In this document: positions 25,260 to 32,000 of the stretch, in pieces
How positions within the stretch are numbered: the stretch's first letter is position 1
How the letters are laid out: each line of letters opens with the position of its first letter
DNA from: Pyrinomonadaceae bacterium
GTDB taxonomy: Bacteria; Acidobacteriota; Blastocatellia; Pyrinomonadales; Pyrinomonadaceae
Assembly: GCA_963763855.1 (NCBI GenBank)
Contig: CAVXPU010000005.1
Span: 2,278,911-2,310,910, forward strand
DNA: 32,000 bases
Direction: 5' to 3'
Position numbers and translations under genes: made by a program
The notes under the pieces: model-generated
Seen by the model: the letters and a program-made list of their open reading frames with translations, nothing else
What the model was told of the DNA's origin: nothing
The model's database searches: none

Positions 25260-25587
25260 TTCTAACAAAAAACTAATCGAAATACTTGACTCCATCGTTG
25301 ATAACGAAACTAAGATAAAAACGAGAATCCAAGAAGTCTTTCAAGAAGCAGGTGAATGCGAAAAAGTTGCCCACGATATCGGTTTTCATCTGACCGATTG
25401 GATGAAAGACCTGAAAGAAATTGTTGAACTTTATTCAAATATAAATGATGCTGATTCTGGTGAAATTACTTCATTTACCTATAGATTCTTAGCTCATGTC
25501 CCAAATCATTTGAACGCTGCGATGAAATTGAGCGGAATGGGTAAGGTTGAAGATATTTTCAATGTTGGTATTTTTGAAGGAGAATGA
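25252..25587 (+). CDS. Hypothetical protein (111 aa)
   Basis: The ATG overlaps the pyrB stop (ATGAATAG) and is preceded by GGGGGAAG. I recognise no domain. About 28% GC in the 60 nt I counted. Confidence 0.55.
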   Translation: MNSSNKKLIEILDSIVDNETKIKTRIQEVFQEAGECEKVAHDIGFHLTDWMKDLKEIVELYSNINDADSGEITSFTYRFLAHVPNHLNAAMKLSGMGKVEDIFNVGIFEGE

Positions 25588-25959
25588 AAAGAAGAAATAA
25601 CGAATCTGTCACCTTATTTCGACCTGTTGGAAAAAATGAATTGGCTTTAATTTTTAATTGAAGAGAGCGATTTTGCCAAGTTCCCTCCTCGTTTGCCCGA
25701 GCAGCCGATTTTTTATCCCGTTTGCAATGAAGAATATGCGACTAAAATCGCACGTGATTAGAATGCGAAATTCAACAAAGACAAAATCGGCTATGTAACA
25801 AGATTTGAAGTTCGCCCTTCGTTTTTAGACAACTACGAAGTCCAAATTGTTGGCGGTGAAATATGTGAAGAATATTGGATTCCGGCGGAAGATCTGGAAG
25901 AATTTAATAATAATATTGTTGAGAAAATTGAGGTAATTTCGGAATTTAGAGGTGAGTAA
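25584..25959 (+). pseudogene. Decayed small conserved gene (LFRPVG...FPPRLPEQPIFYPV...IARD[W]N family, function unknown)
   Basis: ATGA overlap with the upstream stop. Frame 1 reads [25 protein letters not shown] then TGA (25659-25661). Frame +1 continues EESDFAKFPPRLPEQPIFYPVCNEEYATKIARD, then an in-frame TAG (25759-25761) where I recall a conserved Trp, then NAKFNKDKIGYVTRFEV...EYWIPAEDLEEFNNNIVEKIEVISEFRGE and TAA at 25957-25959. Confidence 0.6.
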
Positions 25960-25961
25960 TT

Positions 25962-26342
25962 TTGAAGAATTACGGTGTTACTATTTATCTGACAGATGAT
26001 AACAAATTTGACCTTGTTGATATTCTCAAAGTAATTGGTGAAAAAGGGAGATGTTTATCATGGTCAATCTCTGATCTTGATTGTCTCGGCGAAACTTCTG
26101 AAGTTTTAGATGAAATTTCAGACCTAAATAAACATGTTTCGGGAACAGAGTTTTATCAACTTTTTTCGCAAATCTATCAAACCATTGAAGGTGATTTTGT
26201 AGGCTTTGAAAACAACTCTACGAACGCTTTGATAACTATAAAAGCAATAGACGGAAGCGAATTTGACGTCGAAACAAACAACTCGGAAATATTGGAAAAT
26301 ATTCGTAATAATTTTGAAGAAGTCATAGATTTAATTTATTGA
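25962..26342 (+). CDS. Hypothetical protein (126 aa)
   Basis: TTG start 5 nt after a strong AGAGGTGAG Shine-Dalgarno sequence. The stop lies 2 nt before the pyrC ATG. About 30% GC in the 60 nt I counted. I recognise no domain. Confidence 0.6.
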   Translation: MKNYGVTIYLTDDNKFDLVDILKVIGEKGRCLSWSISDLDCLGETSEVLDEISDLNKHVSGTEFYQLFSQIYQTIEGDFVGFENNSTNALITIKAIDGSEFDVETNNSEILENIRNNFEEVIDLIY

Positions 26343-26344
26343 GA

Positions 26345-27628
26345 ATGAAACTTTTAATAACAAACGGACACGTAATAGATCCCGCTGAAGGACAAAATAG
26401 CGGGAAACATCTTTTGATCGAAAACGGTCGGGTTGCGGCTTGGATTGGTGTAAATGACGAATTGCCGAAGGATGCGGAAGTCTTTGACGCGACGGGACTT
26501 ATCGTTGCCCCTGGTTTTATCGATCTGCACGTTCACCTTCGCGAACCGGGTCAGGAACACAAAGAGACTATCGCAACGGGTGCGGCAGCAGCGGTTGCGG
26601 GCGGTTTTACGAGTATTTGCTGCATGCCGAATACGAAGCCGGTTAATGATAGTGCGGCGATTACGAGGTTTATTATCGAACAATCGAATCGTGCCGGATT
26701 CGCAAATGTTTTCCCGATCGGAGCGATCACCAAAGAATCCGATGGGACAGAACTTGCTGAAATGGGCGAGATGAAGGCTGCCGGAATCGTTGCGGTTTCG
26801 GATGACGGACGACCCGTTCCAAATGCGGGAATGATGCGTCGTGCGTTGGAATATGCGAGGGATTTTGACCTGACAGTCGTCGATCATTGCGAAGATAAAT
26901 CGCTTTCTAGCGGCGGGGTGATGCACGAAGGAAAGATGTCGTTATTATTGGGATTAAAGGGGATGCCTGCTTTGGCGGAAGATATTGATGCGATGCGTGA
27001 TGTCGTCTTATCCGAAGCAACAGATTCAAAAATGCATATCGCACATATTTCCACGAAAGGTGCTGTCGAAGCAGTTCGGTTGGCGAAAGCTAAGGGCTTA
27101 AAAGTAACTTGCGAAGTTGCTCCGCATCATTTTGCGTTGACAGATGAAGCCGTAGAAGGCTACGACACGAACACAAAAATGTCGCCGCCATTGCGTTCCC
27201 GCGAACACGTTGAAGCAGTTTTGGAAGCTATCAAAGACGGAACGATTGACGCCATTGCGACAGACCACGCTCCGCATCATGCGGACGAGAAAAACCTCGA
27301 ATACGACAACGCACCGTTTGGAATTACCGGATTGGAAACTGCGGTAGGATTAGCTTTTGAAAAACTCGTCCACACCGGAATTATTGATTTGAATAGACTT
27401 GTAGAAATGTTTTCAACCAATCCTGCAAGAATTTTCAGCTTGAAAGATCGCGGAACTTTGAAGGTTGGGTCAATTGCGGATATTACGATTATCGATCCTG
27501 ACTTGATTTGGACTTATGACGTCAATCAAACTAAGTCAAAATCAAAAAATTCACCTTTTCACGGAGTAAGCTTTCGCGGCTGTCCGGTGGCAACAATCGT
27601 TGGCGGAAAGATCGTCTATCAAAAGTGA
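26345..27628 (+). CDS. pyrC: Dihydroorotase
   Basis: [13 protein letters not shown] metal-binding motif, DHCED, and ATDHAPH. I prefer ATG 26345 (MKLLITNG) to the TTG at 26339. Confidence 0.9.
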   Translation: MKLLITNGHVIDPAEGQNSGKHLLIENGRVAAWIGVNDELPKDAEVFDATGLIVAPGFIDLHVHLREPGQEHKETIATGAAAAVAGGFTSICCMPNTKPVNDSAAITRFIIEQSNRAGFANVFPIGAITKESDGTELAEMGEMKAAGIVAVSDDGRPVPNAGMMRRALEYARDFDLTVVDHCEDKSLSSGGVMHEGKMSLLLGLKGMPALAEDIDAMRDVVLSEATDSKMHIAHISTKGAVEAVRLAKAKGLKVTCEVAPHHFALTDEAVEGYDTNTKMSPPLRSREHVEAVLEAIKDGTIDAIATDHAPHHADEKNLEYDNAPFGITGLETAVGLAFEKLVHTGIIDLNRLVEMFSTNPARIFSLKDRGTLKVGSIADITIIDPDLIWTYDVNQTKSKSKNSPFHGVSFRGCPVATIVGGKIVYQK

Positions 27629-27697
27629 AATAGAATTTAATATTATTCCAACTAGTTATTTTTTCAACATTTAAACAATTTTTTGGGGGTGTCATTA

Positions 27698-28477
27698 ATG
27701 GATTTTGCTTGGGTATCTGATCCGGCAATTTGGATTGCGTTTGCTACATTAACAGTTTTAGAACTCGTATTGGGTATTGATAATATCGTCTTTATTTCAA
27801 TACTTTCGGGGAAACTACCGCCCGAACAACAGTCAAAAGCCCGTTATATTGGACTGACTTTAGCATTGGGAATGCGAGTGATTCTCCTTTTCTCTTTATC
27901 TTGGGTAATGGGGTTAACCGAGCCGCTATTCACTTTACCAATTTTTAATCATCCAATTTCCGGACGCGATTTGATCTTGATAGTTGGCGGTCTCTTTTTA
28001 ATTGGGAAAAGCACACACGAAATTCATGGTTCACTTGAAGGCGAAGAGGGACAAGCCTCGAAAAAGGTCTATGCTTCTTTTGCAAGTGTGATCGTTCAAA
28101 TCACCTTGCTCGACATCGTATTCTCCTTGGATTCAGTAATTACAGCGATTGGAATGGTTGATAAAGTTGCGATTATGATCGCGGCAGTTGTCGTTTCGAT
28201 TATTGCGATGATGCTCTTCGCGGGTTCAATTGGAGCGTTTGTCCAAAAACATCCAACGGTTAAAATGCTTGCTTTAGCTTTTCTTTTGCTTATTGGCGTG
28301 ACACTTTTGGCTGAAGGATTTCATCAAAAAATCCCGAAAGGATACATCTATTTTTCGATGGCATTTTCAGTTTTAGTTGAGCTTTTGAATATGAAATTGC
28401 GAAAGAAAGTCGAGCCGGTTCACCTGCATAATCCTTTCTCTGATGAAGATGAGGCAAAGGCTATAAACCAAGGCTAA
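27698..28477 (+). CDS. TerC-family integral membrane protein
   Basis: LELVLGIDNIVFISIL and LLDIVFSLDSVITAIG are the paired TerC motifs. ATG 27698 is preceded by GGGGGTG. Confidence 0.85.
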   Translation: MDFAWVSDPAIWIAFATLTVLELVLGIDNIVFISILSGKLPPEQQSKARYIGLTLALGMRVILLFSLSWVMGLTEPLFTLPIFNHPISGRDLILIVGGLFLIGKSTHEIHGSLEGEEGQASKKVYASFASVIVQITLLDIVFSLDSVITAIGMVDKVAIMIAAVVVSIIAMMLFAGSIGAFVQKHPTVKMLALAFLLLIGVTLLAEGFHQKIPKGYIYFSMAFSVLVELLNMKLRKKVEPVHLHNPFSDEDEAKAINQG

Positions 28478-28496
28478 AGTAACAATTAAGGTCTGG

Positions 28497-28540
28497 ATAA
28501 AAAGCTGAATTTCACAGGTGAAGTTCAGCTTTCTTTCATT
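28497..28540. terminator. Bidirectional terminator (TerC / rluD-like convergent pair)
   Basis: AAAGCTGAATTTCA / TGAAGTTCAGCTTT stem of about 14 bp. T-rich on the plus-strand side, and TTTTTA in the minus-strand reading. It overlaps the last codons of the minus-strand gene. Confidence 0.75.
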
Positions 28541-29415
28541 TCATGAGGAATTTCCGTTTCAAATTCCATCCAACGATTTCCGTTTGGATGCCAAAAGCAA
28601 AGCTTATAAGCATGAAGACAAAGTCGCGAGAACTCACGTCCGCCATAAATTGTATCACCCAAAAGTTTGTGACCGATATGTGCGAAATGGAGACGTATTT
28701 GATTGGTTCTGCCCGTGATAAGTTCAATATCTACAAGAGTTGAATCTTCTCTCCTGTCTAAAACTTTATATCGTGTTTCGGCTGATTTCCCTTCTTCCGT
28801 TATTTGCCAATAACGCCGCTCATCGTCTCGCCCGATCGGTGCGATAATCGTTCCTTCATCGTCTGCAATAATTCCGTCAACTACCGCAAAATACTTTTTT
28901 TCAACGATTTTCTCTTGAAAATGCTTACATAAAATCCGGTGCGAACGCGGCGTTTTTCCGATCACCATAATGCCCGAAGTTTGCTTATCAAGCCGATGAA
29001 CTAAGCCATTTCTAACAAATTCGCCTTCTTTTCGTTCGCCTTCATCTGTAAAATTCAAGTAATAAGCCAAGGCATTAAGGAGCGTTCCGCTGCGAACTCC
29101 TTTTGTTGGATGAACGAGCATTCCAGCGGATTTATTAATAACGATAACTTCCTCGTCTTCGAAAATAATCTCAAAAGGAATATTTTCGGGCTGCATGGAA
29201 GTTTGGTCGGTAATTTCGGCTTCGATCACTATACGGTCATTGGATTTAAGTTTTACGCCCGTATTTTGGGCTATTCCATTGATCGTGCACTTCCCTTCAA
29301 TAATCAAATACCGCAAATACATACGACTCAGAGGCGTAATTTTGTTAAAAATATATTCATCAAGACGTGATTTTTCCGCAGTTTCTTCAACTACAAATGT
29401 GAAAACCTTATTCAT
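28525..29415 (-). CDS. RluA-family 23S rRNA pseudouridine synthase (RluD-like, with S4 domain)
   Basis: 296 aa. Catalytic motif HRLDKQTSGIMVIGK, and GRTNQIRLHFAHIGHKLLGD. Confidence 0.9.
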   Translation of the reverse strand: MNKVFTFVVEETAEKSRLDEYIFNKITPLSRMYLRYLIIEGKCTINGIAQNTGVKLKSNDRIVIEAEITDQTSMQPENIPFEIIFEDEEVIVINKSAGMLVHPTKGVRSGTLLNALAYYLNFTDEGERKEGEFVRNGLVHRLDKQTSGIMVIGKTPRSHRILCKHFQEKIVEKKYFAVVDGIIADDEGTIIAPIGRDDERRYWQITEEGKSAETRYKVLDRREDSTLVDIELITGRTNQIRLHFAHIGHKLLGDTIYGGREFSRLCLHAYKLCFWHPNGNRWMEFETEIPHEMKES

Positions 29416-29436
29416 TGGAATGAGTTTAGCTTTTTC

Positions 29437-29478
29437 GTAACAAAAAAGAAAAAACGCGACTCGGAGAAATCGCGTTTT
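29437..29478 (-). terminator. Rho-independent terminator downstream of amt
   Basis: The minus strand reads AAAACGCGA, 10-nt loop, TCGCGTTTT, followed by TTCTTTTTTG. It ends only about 21 nt before the rluD-like start codon. Confidence 0.75.
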
Positions 29479-29560
29479 ATTCTATGGTCATCAATTACAC
29501 GGTAGGGCGAAGTAACGTTTTACCTAGATATGTAACGTTAGGTAGGTATAAATAGATGTT

Positions 29561-31042
29561 TTATTTAGATTCCATTGCGAGCTTTGTTTCTAAGGCTGCC
29601 GCAGCTTCTTCTGTATCAACTCCCATGAAACCAAGCGAACCCTCGTTCGTTGCAAAAACATATGCTGTTTCTCTGTGTTGGCTCATATCTAAACCTTCAA
29701 TTTCGTGTATTTCACTTACTCTTACTCCAACCGTCAAATCGACAATTTTCAAAATAATGTAAGTAAAAGCTGCGGCAATCGCGGTTGTCACTACTATTGC
29801 AACTAATTGATTTACAATCTGATATGAATTTCCGTCGATCATTCCTACAGGCAAGATTTTGCCATCCGCATCCTTGAAAATAGGATTTACTTCGCTCGTC
29901 GCCAAAATTCCGGTAAGTATTGCACCAAGGATTCCGGCAGCACCGTGGATGCCAAAAACGTCTAATGTATCATCGTAGCCAAGTCGTTTTTTTACTTCCG
30001 TTACCATCAGAAAACATAATGCTCCGGCGAGTAATCCAATCAAAAGTGCCGACATCGGGCTGACAAATCCGGCAGCCGGAGTAATTCCAACCAATCCCGC
30101 GACTGCTCCTGAAATCGCTCCCAAAACGGTTGGTTTGCCGTGTTTGATCCACTCTAAGGCTGTCCAAACGAGCATCGCAGTTGCCGCCGCAAAGTGCGTA
30201 GTAACAAATGCCGTGCTGGCTAAACCACTGGCTGATAAGGCACTTCCGGCATTAAATCCGAACCATCCAAACCATAACAACGCGGCACCAATTACGGCAA
30301 GAACTGTGTTGTGCGGAGTATTGTCATCTTTATTCAAACGTTTACCCAGAAACAGGCAGCAAATCAAAGCCGAAACCCCCGATGAAATATGAACGACCGT
30401 TCCGCCTGCAAAATCAAGTGCCGGGAAAACTCCGCCTAAAACAGCATTCAAATATCCGCCATTTCCCCAGACCATATGTGCCAAAGGCAAGTAAACAAAG
30501 GTTGTCCAAAGAATTGTGAAAACAATCATCGCACTAAATTTGATGCGTTCTGCATAAGCACCCGTAATTAGGGCGGGGGTAATGATTGCAAACATTAATT
30601 GGAAAACCATAAAGGTCATCTGCGGTAGAGTTGTTGAATAATTAGCATTTGGGTCGGCTCCGACTCCCTTCAAAAGTGCGAATTCAAAATTACCGAAAAA
30701 CGCTGAACCGTCCCCAAATGCCAAGCTGTAGCCATAAAGTGCCCATATCAGGGTAACTATGCCGACTAAAATAAAACTTTGAAGAATAGTGGAAAGTACA
30801 TTTTTCTGACGAACCAAGCCACCATAAAAAAGTGCCAATCCCGGTGCGGTCATCAGCAAAACAAGTGCTGAGCAAAGTAAAACCCATGCATTATCTGCAT
30901 TGGATTGAGCATTGGCTGCCGCTGCTTCAAGCTTCTCAAGCCTTTCAGTCATTTCTGTCTGAGCCAAAATTGCCAGCGGAGATAAAACCGCAAAAGCGAA
31001 AACTAATAATTCAAAAACTCTTTTTTTTGTAGTATTAAACAT
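29561..31042 (-). CDS. amt: Ammonium transporter (Amt family) with N-terminal signal sequence
   Basis: 493 aa and polytopic. DFAGGTVVHISSG, FGWFGFNAGS and LDVFGIHGAAGILG are Amt signature regions. Confidence 0.95.
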   Translation of the reverse strand: MFNTTKKRVFELLVFAFAVLSPLAILAQTEMTERLEKLEAAAANAQSNADNAWVLLCSALVLLMTAPGLALFYGGLVRQKNVLSTILQSFILVGIVTLIWALYGYSLAFGDGSAFFGNFEFALLKGVGADPNANYSTTLPQMTFMVFQLMFAIITPALITGAYAERIKFSAMIVFTILWTTFVYLPLAHMVWGNGGYLNAVLGGVFPALDFAGGTVVHISSGVSALICCLFLGKRLNKDDNTPHNTVLAVIGAALLWFGWFGFNAGSALSASGLASTAFVTTHFAAATAMLVWTALEWIKHGKPTVLGAISGAVAGLVGITPAAGFVSPMSALLIGLLAGALCFLMVTEVKKRLGYDDTLDVFGIHGAAGILGAILTGILATSEVNPIFKDADGKILPVGMIDGNSYQIVNQLVAIVVTTAIAAAFTYIILKIVDLTVGVRVSEIHEIEGLDMSQHRETAYVFATNEGSLGFMGVDTEEAAAALETKLAMESK

Positions 31043-31096
31043 ATTTCAACCTGTTATTTTTTGTGCAAATTTTAAAAATGTATCTGCCCACCCTTT

Positions 31097-31112
31097 TGCA
31101 AGAAGCGTGCCA
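31097..31112 (-). promoter_or_regulatory. Sigma-54 (-24/-12) promoter of amt
   Basis: The minus strand reads TGGCAC-GCTTC-TTGCA, an exact match to the TGGCAC-N5-TTGCA consensus. It lies about 55 nt upstream of the amt ATG. Confidence 0.8.
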
Positions 31113-31189
31113 GTTTGCATTTATGGCTTGAAACTCAAATAAATACTGGTTATTATGATTTTGTCAAAATAACCATAGCAGAATTTTAG

Positions 31190-31325
31190 CTACAATTTTG
31201 TAAGAAATAAGTGGTTTGCTATTATTTATGAGGGGTTTTGGCAAGGGAAAATCTAACTGGAATTTAAGATGTTTTTACATCCTACAATTTTGTAAAATTA
31301 AAATATGAATATTACGAAATTGTAG
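31190..31325. promoter_or_regulatory. Three copies of a 14-bp dyad site CTACAATTT(T/C)GTAA (candidate enhancer-binding sites)
   Basis: 31190-31203 and 31282-31295 are identical (CTACAATTTTGTAA). 31312-31325 is TTACGAAATTGTAG, the reverse complement with one change. The core is TACAA-N2-TTGTA. Sites lie about 80-210 bp upstream of the -24 element. Confidence 0.5.
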
Positions 31326-31336
31326 TAATTAATAAA

Positions 31337-32000
31337 TTGGACATTAACTACTTACAAACATTCAAGGAAATTGGCGATAATCTTACGGCAACGCGTGGAT
31401 TAAGGAATTCGTTGAGCCAAATTCTTCATTCTTTGCAGGGTAAACATTACATCAAGCGGAGTTTTATTTTACTGAATAGTGCGGAAGATGAAAGGCTTTC
31501 TGCAATGGCAACGGCGGGATTTAGCGTCAGCAGTTTTCGTCGGCTCGAATCAAATTTGGATAAGAAAGGATTTCTTGAAAAGGTTTACAAGAAAGGCGAG
31601 CGAGATTTTATCGAGAAAACGTCTGCTGAAAGCTGGTTTGAAGTTATTCGTTTTAAGGAATGCGACACGAGCTATTTCGCGATTCCGATCCAATTAGGCA
31701 AGAAGACCGTCGGCGTATTGGGTGTCGAAACAGTTGTTTCCCCCGATATTGAAGTTGAAGAATTCTTCCTATTTCTAACCGTAATTGCTGCAACTATTGT
31801 TCAAACCGTACGTGTAGAAAACGAAATTGCCAGCGAGAAAGAACGTCTTTTTGCGGAAACATCTCATCTCCATCAGGAGCTTCGCGAAAAATATAATTTT
31901 GGGAATATTATCGGAAATTCCAGCAAAATGAAGCAGGTTTATTCGCAAGTGTCGCAAGTTGCACGTTCAAATGCGACGGTTTTGCTGCGTGGTGAAAGCG
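31337..32000 (+). CDS. Sigma-54-dependent transcriptional activator with N-terminal GAF-like domain (5' partial, runs off the window)
   Basis: The frame is open from 31268 to the window end. About 150 aa of sensory domain (YFAIPIQLGKKTVGVLGVE is GAF-like) is followed by NIIGNSSKMKQVYSQVSQVARSNATVLLRGES, the start of the sigma-54 AAA+ module. There is no in-frame ATG before 31505, so TTG 31337 is a tentative start. Confidence 0.8.
   Translation, partial: MDINYLQTFKEIGDNLTATRGLRNSLSQILHSLQGKHYIKRSFILLNSAEDERLSAMATAGFSVSSFRRLESNLDKKGFLEKVYKKGERDFIEKTSAESWFEVIRFKECDTSYFAIPIQLGKKTVGVLGVETVVSPDIEVEEFFLFLTVIAATIVQTVRVENEIASEKERLFAETSHLHQELREKYNFGNIIGNSSKMKQVYSQVSQVARSNATVLLRGES

Noticed and set aside
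27629-27697. Possible yybP-ykoY (Mn2+) riboswitch upstream of the TerC-family gene.
   Set aside because: Only 69 nt of AT-rich spacer separates pyrC from the TerC start. That is too short, and it lacks the conserved G-rich four-way-junction motifs.
28518-28743. Three 63-66-aa ORFs overlapping the 3' end of the pseudouridine synthase gene.
   Set aside because: They lie entirely within or antisense to a well-supported CDS. They have no RBS and no recognisable features.
29501-29546. Mirror-like arrangement GGTAGG-N5-GTAACGTT-N12-GTAACGTT-N1-GGTAGG in the amt 3' UTR.
   Set aside because: The motifs are short, the context is AT-rich, and only a weak TACCTA/TAGGTA stem forms. I cannot distinguish this from chance, and it lies between a stop codon and a clear terminator.
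1-32000. Scan for tRNA, rRNA, CRISPR arrays, IS elements, integrases and phage or defence gene hallmarks.
   Set aside because: I found no spaced direct-repeat arrays, no tRNA-like GC-rich cloverleaf segments in the intergenic gaps, and no transposase, recombinase, nuclease or ATPase defence-type ORFs. The few GCGATCGC occurrences are too sparse to call HIP1-like.

Overview
The window is mostly chromosomal housekeeping DNA from a fairly AT-rich bacterium. My 60-nt hand counts range from about 28% to 58% GC. MsbA-like exporter, Cys-lipobox lipoproteins and sigma-54 signals suggest a diderm, but I cannot assign a taxon. Gene order: MsbA-like ABC exporter, yicC, a small DUF4157 protein; on the minus strand ETF-ubiquinone oxidoreductase, gmk, rpoZ; an acyltransferase-3 gene; a translationally coupled lipoprotein pair of unknown function; an Ala/Asn-repeat lipoprotein; a class-III aminotransferase; a Tat-signal Fe/Mn SOD; an orphan B12-binding radical SAM enzyme; etfB-etfA; yceD-rpmF-fabH-fabD-acpP-fabF (no plsX, no fabG); a frameshifted pyrD; pyrR, pyrB, pyrC; TerC; an RluA-family pseudouridine synthase; amt; and the 5' part of a GAF/sigma-54 activator. 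I saw no rRNA, tRNA, CRISPR array, transposase, integrase or recognisable defence genes, so I cannot claim a clear novel multi-gene system. The items most worth a second look are: (1) an AT-rich block of three tightly coupled small ORFs, one decayed, wedged between pyrB and pyrC, plus a decayed ORF between pyrR and pyrB; (2) intercistronic hairpins whose arms are 7-nt-periodic tandem repeats, at four minus-strand gene junctions, which also create false N-terminal ORF extensions; (3) an exact sigma-54 promoter for amt with three copies of a 14-bp site next to the divergent GAF activator gene; (4) TGAATG/CATTCA palindromes just downstream of putative -10 boxes of both ETF loci; (5) the lipoprotein pair and the repeat lipoprotein sharing a MACGP signal end. 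Fine-scale coordinates were indexed by hand and may be off by 1-2 nt.
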